Of a DNA stretch of 64,000 nt, positions 1 through 7,658 are shown piece after piece. The translations under genes were made by a program, and so were the position numbers. Origin of the DNA: an uncultured Bacilli bacterium (GTDB lineage Bacteria; Bacillota_I; Bacilli_A; RF39; UBA660). Position 1 is the first letter of the stretch, and each line of letters opens with the position of its first letter. The notes beneath the pieces were generated by a model. The model ran no database searches. It was not told the DNA's origin and saw only the letters and a list, made by a program, of their open reading frames with translations. The stretch lies in NCBI GenBank assembly GCA_934177995.1, contig CAKPPW010000004.1, positions 5,113 through 69,112 of the forward strand, written 5' to 3'.

Positions 1-152
1 GAAAAAGTTGGTAACACTAGCATATATAGACCAATACCTTCACTACCCATTAATCTACTCATGACTATTTTTATAATCATACCTAGTATTTTAGTTAGAA
101 AACCACCTATCATTAAGATAATAGTAGACTTAATAAACGTTTCTTTTTTCAT
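1..152 (-). CDS. SpoVB/MurJ-type (MOP superfamily) flippase, N-terminal fragment; the gene runs off the left edge
   Basis: Hand translation of the reverse strand from ATG (152..150) gives MKKETFIKSTIILMIGGFLTKILGMIIKIVMSRLMGSEGIGLYMLVLPTF. This follows the B. subtilis SpoVB N-terminal pattern (TF.K.T.IL...G..T..LG......R..G.EG.GLYM...PTF). A GGAGG lies just upstream. It is absent from the ORF track because it is truncated. Confidence 0.6.
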   Translation of the reverse strand, partial: MKKETFIKSTIILMIGGFLTKILGMIIKIVMSRLMGSEGIGLYMLVLPTF

Positions 153-256
153 GGAGCCTCCTTGTAAATAAGATGTAAAAAATATTTAAAACTAATAAAT
201 TACTTTTCTTCTTTCTAAGATTTATGATATAGTTAGTATAGAAGTGTAAGAGGTGA

Positions 257-1432
257 ATGATAGTGCAAGAGATAATTGATTTTTTAGCTAAGAAGGAAGT
301 ACTTATACTGTTTATTATTTTATTAGCAGCTATTTTACTATATATAATTCTATGGGTTATATCTTTCATAAAGAAGAAAGATGAGCAAAAAAAGTTAAAA
401 ACAAACACTCAAGAATTGACAAAATTAGCAGAAAAAGTAAAGCTTTTAGAAAAAGAACAGCAAGAAGCAGCTTTACCACCGGTCTTTAGAATTGAACAAG
501 AAAAGGTAAGAGAAGAGATTAAGCCTTTAGTAATGGAAGAAAAGAAAGAACCACCTAAAGTAGTAGTTAAAGAGACCTTTACATCTCCGGTTGCTATAGA
601 GCCTGTTGTAGCAGAAGTTGTTATGCCTAAGAAAGAAGAAAACGTTATTACTAAAGAAATTAAATTAAATGATAATTCTGTTTCTGAAGTTGAAATACTA
701 GATGCTAATCCTTTAGAAATTACTTATAAGAATGAAGTATATACTAAAGAAGAAGCTAAAGAAGAGTTAAAGAGGCTTGAAAGACAATTAATTGAACAAG
801 ATAAGAAAGAAGAAAAGCCTATCTTTGAACCAATTGAGGTTAAACCATTTAAAGAGGTAACTAATGATGAAGTTATTCCTGTATTAGATGAAATGCTTGA
901 TACTAAAGAAGAGGAGGTTAAACAAGAGAATATCAGTTTAACTAATTTTGAAGAAGATCAAGAGCAAAATGCTATTATCAGTTTAGATGAGTTATTAAAA
1001 AGAGGTAACACTATTACTCAAGATGAGATAATAAAACATGAAGATGATGGGGATGAGCCTATTACTTTACAAGAGTTAGAAGCTAAATGGAAAAAAGATA
1101 AAGAAGTAATAGCACTTAAAAATGATGATGAAGATATAGAGGTATTAGAAACTAAGAAAGAGGAAGTACCATTTAGTTATGAGGATATTAAAGTAGAAGC
1201 TCCTAAGGTAAAAATACCAACTATGGATGAGTTGTTCTCTAAATCTAAAACACCTTATAAGCCAACCCCAGTTATTAGTCCTATCTTTGGAATAGAAGAA
1301 GATAAAATATCTAGTGATAATTCTCTTAAACTAGAAAATACGGCAAACTATGATAAACTTGATGCTGAAATTAGAAAGACTAATGAGTTCTTATCAAAAC
1401 TTAAAGAGTTACAAAAAAAGTTAGATAATTAG
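257..1432 (+). CDS. Membrane-anchored Glu/Lys-rich protein of unknown function (one N-terminal TM helix, long charged tail)
   Basis: 391-aa ORF with hydrophobic segment LILFIILLAAILLYIILWVISFI followed by low-complexity E/K/V-rich sequence. The start may instead be GTG at 263, which is better spaced from AGAGGTGA. Confidence 0.55.
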   Translation: MIVQEIIDFLAKKEVLILFIILLAAILLYIILWVISFIKKKDEQKKLKTNTQELTKLAEKVKLLEKEQQEAALPPVFRIEQEKVREEIKPLVMEEKKEPPKVVVKETFTSPVAIEPVVAEVVMPKKEENVITKEIKLNDNSVSEVEILDANPLEITYKNEVYTKEEAKEELKRLERQLIEQDKKEEKPIFEPIEVKPFKEVTNDEVIPVLDEMLDTKEEEVKQENISLTNFEEDQEQNAIISLDELLKRGNTITQDEIIKHEDDGDEPITLQELEAKWKKDKEVIALKNDDEDIEVLETKKEEVPFSYEDIKVEAPKVKIPTMDELFSKSKTPYKPTPVISPIFGIEEDKISSDNSLKLENTANYDKLDAEIRKTNEFLSKLKELQKKLDN

Positions 1433-1491
1433 GATGTTCTTCTTGAAGAAGACATCTTTTTAGTTTATAATTTTTAAAGGGAGGTCTTATC

Positions 1492-2799
1492 ATGAAGAAT
1501 TTAACTATCTTGCCAGCTGATCAGTATATTGTTATTAATAAAACAGTTCTTCATAGTGAAGACCGTAGACTTTTAACAATGCTTTATCAACCAATTATTG
1601 GTTATACTGCCGTTAGTTTATATTTTGCCTTAGTAGATGATCTTGATTCCTTAAATCAGATGAGTGAAGACTTAAATCATCATCATTTGATGGCTACTAT
1701 GCAGTTAAAACTTGAAGATATTATGATTGCTAGAGAAAAGCTAGAAGCGGTTGGTCTTATTAAGACTTATGTTAAAACAGGAGATGTTAATCATTATGTT
1801 TACCTTTTGTTTTCTCCTATATCGGCTAGTGAGTTTTTTCATCACCCCATACTAAATATTGTTTTGTATAATAATATAGGTAAAAGAGAATATGCTAAAA
1901 GACAAGAAATATTTCAAGTGCCAAAGATTAGTCTTAAAGACTATGAAGATGTTAGTTCTTCTTTTGATGAGGTGTTTGAAAGTAGTAATTTAAAACCATT
2001 TGAGGTTTTGGATATTATTGGAGAGAAGAAAGAAGCTAAGATTACATCTAAAAGAGTCATTGATTTTAATCTGTTAATAAGTTCTATTCCAGGATCAATT
2101 GTATCTAGTAGATGTTTTACAGAAGATGTAAAAGAGTTAATTAATTCACTAGCCTTAGTTTATAACTTTGATACTACTAATATGGCAGGACTAGTACAGT
2201 CATCTATTAATGAAAAGGGACTGGTTGATAGAACTTTACTTAGAAAGAGTTGTAGAAACTACTATCAGTTTGATCATGCTGGTAGTCTTCCGACATTAAT
2301 CTATCAAAGACAACCAGAGTTTTTAAAGAAACCAGAAGGAGATAATTCTAAATGGGCTAAGATGGCTTATACCTTTGAAAATACTTCTCCTTATGACTAT
2401 TTAAAGAGTAAACAAAAAGGAGCAGAACCTACTAAGCGTGATTTAAAACTTATTGAAGACTTGATGATAGAACAGAAACTATCATCAGGAGTAGTTAATG
2501 TTTTAATATCATATGCTTTAAAACTTAATAATCAAAAACTAAATAGAAGCTATTTAGAAACTATAGCTGGTCAGTGGAAAAGACTTAATATTGAAACAGT
2601 TGAAGAAGCGATGCGTCTTACTGAAAAAGAATATAAGAAGATGAAGAAGATAGCTATTTCTACTAATACTAATAAGAATAGTAAAGTGGCTAGTAAACAA
2701 AAAGAAATACTTCCTGATTGGTTTAATGAGGATTTAAAAACTAATTCAATGGATAGTAAGGAAAAAGAAGAGATGGATACATTGTTATCATCATTTTAG
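1492..2799 (+). CDS. dnaB: Replication initiation and membrane attachment protein, Bacillus DnaB type (DnaD/DnaB_2 domain family; not the helicase)
   Basis: The N-terminus LPADQYIVINKTVLHSEDRRLLTMLYQPIIGYTAVSLYFAL matches the B. subtilis DnaB pattern (P.D.Y.V......L...D...IT.LYQPLIG..A.SLY..L). The C-terminal YLETIAGQWKRLNIETVEEAM is typical of the DnaD-like domain. GGGAGG RBS. Confidence 0.8.
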   Translation: MKNLTILPADQYIVINKTVLHSEDRRLLTMLYQPIIGYTAVSLYFALVDDLDSLNQMSEDLNHHHLMATMQLKLEDIMIAREKLEAVGLIKTYVKTGDVNHYVYLLFSPISASEFFHHPILNIVLYNNIGKREYAKRQEIFQVPKISLKDYEDVSSSFDEVFESSNLKPFEVLDIIGEKKEAKITSKRVIDFNLLISSIPGSIVSSRCFTEDVKELINSLALVYNFDTTNMAGLVQSSINEKGLVDRTLLRKSCRNYYQFDHAGSLPTLIYQRQPEFLKKPEGDNSKWAKMAYTFENTSPYDYLKSKQKGAEPTKRDLKLIEDLMIEQKLSSGVVNVLISYALKLNNQKLNRSYLETIAGQWKRLNIETVEEAMRLTEKEYKKMKKIAISTNTNKNSKVASKQKEILPDWFNEDLKTNSMDSKEKEEMDTLLSSF

Positions 2800-2814
2800 A
2801 AAGAAGGATTGAAA

Positions 2815-3438
2815 ATGCAAGAGGATTTATCATTTTATTACAGTGCTATGAAAGGTGGCAAAACAACTAGAATCTTTCAAAAAATTCATGATTTGGAAGA
2901 GAATGGGCAAACAGTATTATTAATTAAACCTAAGGTTGATACTAAGGGTGATGATTATATTATTAATAGAAAAGGTGAGGCTAAAAAAGTTAATATACTG
3001 CTTGGTAAAGACGATAGAATATTAACAACTGATAATATAGAAAGTATATTATTTTGCAATCATATAATTGTCGATGAAGTACAGTTTTTAACTGAAAAAC
3101 AAATAGAAGAGTTATGGATGATTAATAAGAAGGCAAATATTAAAGTTTCTTGTTATGGACTAAGAACTAACTTTAAGGGTGAATTATTTGCAGGAAGTGC
3201 TAGACTAATGGCTCTTGCTGATAATGTTGTAGAGCTTGAGACTAACTCTTTATGTCTTTGTGGCGAAAAAGCTAAGTTTAATGCTAGAAAAATAGATGGA
3301 GAATTTACCTTTAATGGAGAAGAAATTGAAATAGATGGGGCTAATAAAAAGATAGAATATGTTCCTTTATGTGGAGCCTGTTATTACAAAAAGGTTTATA
3401 CTAAAAAGAAAAAAGTAAAAGAGGGGATTGATGAATAA
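2815..3438 (+). CDS. tdk: Thymidine kinase
   Basis: P-loop-like MKGGKTT, the DEVQFL motif, and C-terminal zinc-ribbon cysteines CLCGEKA...PLCGACY. I prefer ATG 2815 (AAGGA 6 nt upstream) over the TTG at 2809 in the track. Confidence 0.8.
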   Translation: MQEDLSFYYSAMKGGKTTRIFQKIHDLEENGQTVLLIKPKVDTKGDDYIINRKGEAKKVNILLGKDDRILTTDNIESILFCNHIIVDEVQFLTEKQIEELWMINKKANIKVSCYGLRTNFKGELFAGSARLMALADNVVELETNSLCLCGEKAKFNARKIDGEFTFNGEEIEIDGANKKIEYVPLCGACYYKKVYTKKKKVKEGIDE

Positions 3439-4346
3439 TGAAATTAAGAGGTGGTAATTTGAAAGAAGTAGAAGTAGAATATAAGTTGCTATCAGAATAC
3501 CATTTTTTTGGTGATGAAAGACGACAAAATATTGTTAAAAAACTTGAAAAGTTATATTTAGAGCTTCAAGAAAAGAGTAAAAAAATAGATGTGAAACCTT
3601 TTCCACAAAATGATGGAAAGGTAGAAATACTTCCTGGTATGATTAGGCACAAATGCTCTAATTCTTTAGAATCGTTGAAAGGAATATCTCAGTATGGAAT
3701 TCTAGCTAGTGAATGGTTTGGAAAAATAGAGAGCGAAAAAGAAGGCGTTTTTTGTACTTTTGTTAGTAGAATACATCAAGAAGATGGTTTGGATGATTTA
3801 AAAAAACAAAGTATTGCTAAACAATTAAATCTTATAGATTTGAAATTCGAAAACGGAAAAGTTCTATTATTCTTTGATAGTACAAATCCTATTTTTAAAC
3901 AATTATTGCATTTAGACTATTTTGAATATGAAAAAGTTAAGCAGCAAAGTCCTGAGAAAATTACAGAAATGTATTCAGAAGAAGAGATAGAATTATTTGA
4001 TCAAGTAATTGAGCCCTTTTCTCCTTATGGCAAAGTTTTTCATGTAGAAGGTATGTTACCACAGTGTGATTGGTCTGCAATTCCGGGAGGAATTCCTTCA
4101 AGTTTAGTAAATGGGATTTGTACCAAAAGCGAGAATTATGATAGTGAATATATAGAGTCGGTTGCAAATTTGTTTCCAAATGCTACTATCTTCAATGGAA
4201 GTTTAGAAATATTGCATCTTCCTAAACGAAAAGATAATACTCAGGAATTAATAAGAGAAACATTACAAGAAAAAGATGCAGTGTTATTAGATGATATGAA
4301 ACAAACTAATGAAGAAAAAGAAACTATTAGTTTAAGAAGAAGATAA
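3438..4346 (+). CDS. Hypothetical protein (302 aa), no recognised domain
   Basis: Long ORF whose ATG overlaps the tdk stop by 1 nt (TAATG), suggesting co-translation with tdk. Confidence 0.55.
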   Translation: MKLRGGNLKEVEVEYKLLSEYHFFGDERRQNIVKKLEKLYLELQEKSKKIDVKPFPQNDGKVEILPGMIRHKCSNSLESLKGISQYGILASEWFGKIESEKEGVFCTFVSRIHQEDGLDDLKKQSIAKQLNLIDLKFENGKVLLFFDSTNPIFKQLLHLDYFEYEKVKQQSPEKITEMYSEEEIELFDQVIEPFSPYGKVFHVEGMLPQCDWSAIPGGIPSSLVNGICTKSENYDSEYIESVANLFPNATIFNGSLEILHLPKRKDNTQELIRETLQEKDAVLLDDMKQTNEEKETISLRRR

Positions 4347-4440
4347 TAGGTAAATTAGAAACTATTCTATATGCTTTTTGTGATTTTAAATAAATAAAAA
4401 GTTGTCACATTTTAGTCAAATTGTGCTAAAATGTAGTTAT

Positions 4441-4517
4441 GTCCTCGTAGCTCAGTAGGATAGAGCGATTGCCTCCTAAGCAATAGGTCGTTGGTTCGAT
4501 TCCAATCGGGGACACCA
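4441..4517 (+). tRNA. tRNA-Arg (anticodon CCT)
   Basis: Cloverleaf folded by hand: acceptor GTCCTCG/CGGGGAC, D stem GCTC/GAGC, anticodon stem ATTGC/GCAAT with loop CTCCTAA, T loop TTCGATT, encoded CCA. Confidence 0.9.
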
Positions 4518-4570
4518 TGTTAATAGAAACTAGAAATTTCTAGTTTAGTAATAAATTATTATTGTAAAAG

Positions 4571-4906
4571 GTGAAAATAGTGAAATCAGAAAATACAATA
4601 AAGGATAATGTTAATGAAACCTTACTAAATACAATTGGTATGTCTTATGATGAATATGAACAGCTTGACTTTGATGAACAACAGAAGATAATGGCTGGAT
4701 ATCACAAGAAACATCCGAACAAAAGTAAAACTACTACTGTTATGATTGGTGGTGGTGATTCTTCTTTGTTTATCAGAGTCAATAAAGGAAATAAAATCTT
4801 AACAACAAATGGTTGTTATATAGCTGGGGAAACGTTGGAAGAAAATAAAGAAAGATGGGAAAATTCGATTAAAAGAATAAATAAAAAAATTTATAGAAAA
4901 AAATAA
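4571..4906 (+). CDS. Hypothetical protein (111 aa)
   Basis: ORF with GTG start. No motif recognised. Confidence 0.4.
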   Translation: MKIVKSENTIKDNVNETLLNTIGMSYDEYEQLDFDEQQKIMAGYHKKHPNKSKTTTVMIGGGDSSLFIRVNKGNKILTTNGCYIAGETLEENKERWENSIKRINKKIYRKK

Positions 4907-4946
4907 GTTTCTTTATATAAAAATTTTAGGTAATTATCATATAGTA

Positions 4947-5110
4947 AATGAATTGAGAGTGTTAAAAGACGCTGCAGATGTTGATATCAATATTTAATGT
5001 TATGCAAGTGTTTCAAAGAGCTATACAATATAATAATTTTAGAGTAATGAATGTTAAAGTTTGAAAAACAAAAAATGGTACAATCTAATCAAGAAGACAA
5101 AGAACCATAA
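4947..5110 (+). pseudogene. Degraded, internally deleted paralog remnant of the downstream gene 5231..6028
   Basis: Three short translated pieces match the intact neighbour. NELRVLKDAADVDINI matches SELKLFKDVADAGYKID. LISIFNVMQVFQRAIQYNNF matches LIPIFNVMKVFERMMQYNNA. EKQKMVQSNQEDKEP matches EEQETVQSAKTDKGP. The pieces lie in different frames and are separated by stops. Confidence 0.6.
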
Positions 5111-5230
5111 GAAAAGTCAAATTAATGAAATGGCAAAGAGGTTGCATAATGTCGAATGAGTAAATGTTTCATTTGACATTATGGGATGAATGTGCTAGAT
5201 TAACAACTAACTAAAAGAGGAGGATTTATT

Positions 5231-6028
5231 ATGGTGTTTTTAGTTATATGGTTGGAAATGGTTATTGCAAGTTTTGGTATGGAAATGGCAAGTGAATTGA
5301 AGTTGTTCAAAGATGTAGCAGATGCCGGATATAAAATTGATACAAAAAGATTAGCAGAATTACAAGAACAATTATATCCTGATGTAACAAATGCAATACT
5401 TTTATCAATGCTGATACCAATATTTAATGTGATGAAAGTATTTGAGAGAATGATGCAATATAATAATGCTAGACCAATAATACTATCTCAATTAAATGTA
5501 CTTGATGCCTTAGAGGAAATGTCCGAAGTTGAAAAAATGGAATATTTAAAAAATCCGACAGGACTAAATGCTTTAATTGTACCATTAAAATTAGAAAAAA
5601 GATTGGAAAAAGCTACATCAATAAAAATAAATGATGACAATGAACATGGTGAAATTTATTATGAAAAAGGCAAATCGTTAGATGATATTACTATTTTAAA
5701 AGTTAGCGGTTCGGTATCTAGATTGACAGCTGAAGAACAAAAGAAAAAAATTATTGAAGCTCAAAGAAATGCCTCTCAAGAAGAAATAAAAAAATATAGT
5801 GATGCAGAAACATTTACTGATAGTAATTCAAATATAGATTCAAGTGATAGTAAGAAATATAAAAAAGATGAAAAAACTATTTCCCTAACTCCACAAGAAT
5901 CAAGCGTTAGTGAGCAAAAACAAACGTTAGAAAACTTAAAAAAGAAAATATTAGAAGAACAAGAGACGGTACAATCAGCTAAAACAGATAAGGGACCAAC
6001 ATTATCAAAAACTAAAAGAAGAAAGTAG
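5231..6028 (+). CDS. Hypothetical protein (265 aa), Ser/Lys-rich C-terminus
   Basis: ORF with an AGGAGG RBS. No domain recognised. Confidence 0.55.
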   Translation: MVFLVIWLEMVIASFGMEMASELKLFKDVADAGYKIDTKRLAELQEQLYPDVTNAILLSMLIPIFNVMKVFERMMQYNNARPIILSQLNVLDALEEMSEVEKMEYLKNPTGLNALIVPLKLEKRLEKATSIKINDDNEHGEIYYEKGKSLDDITILKVSGSVSRLTAEEQKKKIIEAQRNASQEEIKKYSDAETFTDSNSNIDSSDSKKYKKDEKTISLTPQESSVSEQKQTLENLKKKILEEQETVQSAKTDKGPTLSKTKRRK

Positions 6029-6119
6029 CTTAAATGATTTTGTCTTAACTCGAATCAAGGAAAGATTAAAATAATCTAATAAAATTAATTATCATACATA
6101 TAATAATAATGTGATTGAT

Positions 6120-6548
6120 ATGAAAAAAATAGATTATAAACAGTTAATTATTTCAATAGCTATTCCTCTAGTACTAGGTGGTGGGGTAGGCTTTCTTATT
6201 AAAGATGCAACTAAAAACTATAACGGTTTTATTCCTGGTTATATTTTTCCGATAGTTTGGACTATTCTCTATATCTTAATGGGAGTGTCTAGCTACTTAG
6301 TAAGAGATGATAAAAAATTACTTAAAACTTATTCCCTTAACTTAGTAATTAATTTCCTTTGGCCAATTATCTTCTTTTTATTAAAACTTAAATTATTAGC
6401 ACTTATAGACTTGACTATTTTGATATTTGTGGTTATATATATGATCAGAGAGTTCTATAAGAAAAACAAATTATCAGGTTACTTACTTGTACCATATTTG
6501 TTGTGGCTATTTGTAGCTTTTATTCTAAACTTAGTAGAGCTGTTTTAA
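6120..6548 (+). CDS. tspO: TspO/MBR family tryptophan-rich sensory protein
   Basis: Five-TM protein of about 142 aa with the family-typical segments PGYIFPIVWTILYILMGVSSYLV and NFLWPIIFF. ATG 6120 is preferred over GTG 6111. Confidence 0.75.
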   Translation: MKKIDYKQLIISIAIPLVLGGGVGFLIKDATKNYNGFIPGYIFPIVWTILYILMGVSSYLVRDDKKLLKTYSLNLVINFLWPIIFFLLKLKLLALIDLTILIFVVIYMIREFYKKNKLSGYLLVPYLLWLFVAFILNLVELF

Positions 6549-6571
6549 ACTTATCAGGGGAGTAAAAGAAG

Positions 6572-7602
6572 ATGAATTATTTAAAATTTAATCAAGAATT
6601 AGATGAATATTTAGATAGTCATAAATATTCATTTTATCTTTATACATTAAAATCTAATATAGAATTTTTAAAAGAAGCAAAGAAAAGGCTTGATCCTTTT
6701 AAAATTATAGGTAGTAATAAACTATGTTTAGAATGTAATCAATTTGTTGATGGAATGGAAACTCTTGATTTGGTAAGTGAGTTTTTAACAGTATTGATAA
6801 ACGTTATACTTATTACTTTGAAAGAAGTTTAAATGATGGAAGTTTTGGCTTTTGTGATTCTATTAATGACACTAAAGATTTTAGTAATAATGCCTATATC
6901 AGTAATAATAGAAATTTTTATAATGTTGCTTTTAATGGTACTATAACTGATGGGAAAACTCTTATTCATGAATTTTTTCACTATTTGAATTTAGATGCTT
7001 ATTTAGCTTCTCCTGTTTTTTCTGAACTTATTTCCATTTATATGGAAAACAAATACTTAGATTTTATTTATGAAAAAGGTTATTCCAAAAACGATATTGC
7101 TGTCAGTAGATTATTTAGATATCTTTCTTATAACTACTCTTGTAACAAATTATATAATGATAGCATTTTATTAAATATTAAAGATAAGATAGGTTATATA
7201 GATGAAGACAGTTATCAATTTATTATTGATTATAGAGAAAAACTTGATTTTCCCAATATGACTAAAGATGAATACTTATTTATTTTGCATACTTTAGTAA
7301 ATGATATTAATGGTTTTGATAAGAATAATCCTGGAAAAAATATAAGATTTAGACCGGACTTTACGTATAGATACTTTATTGGAACGGCATATAGTAGTTA
7401 TTTATTAAAAGAAGAAGATAGCTTAGAAGATGTCTTATTATTAAATGATTCTTTAATCAATGATAAGAAATTACCTATATTTAAATGTGTTGAGTTGTTA
7501 GGAATTGATGAGGTTAATTTTGAACAAGTAATTAAAGCTACTAATGAGTACTATAAGCCATCAATTATTAGCTATAAATTGACAAATAAAAAGAAGATTT
7601 AA
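6572..7602 (+). pseudogene. Putative HExxH zinc metallopeptidase, split by a frameshift near a T5 run (6782..6786)
   Basis: The frame-2 ORF 6572..6832 overlaps a frame-1 reading frame that is open from 6781 to 7602. The frame-1 stretch upstream of the track's TTG start encodes ...NSIDKRYTYYFERSLNDGSFGFCDS...TDGKTLIHEFFHYLN, with HEFFH at 6967..6981. There is no credible start codon between 6781 and 6985. Confidence 0.55.
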
Positions 7603-7658
7603 AATTGACTAAGAAATATCATTTTGTTATAATAAGTCGTGCTTAAGGGGGATAATAT

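Noticed and set aside
4380-4440. Sigma-A promoter for tRNA-Arg(CCT) (TTGTCA ... TGcTAAAAT)
   Set aside because: The spacer between the -35-like TTGTCA and the -10 is 19 nt, which is outside the normal range. Only the extended -10 is convincing, so it is not listed as a defined feature.
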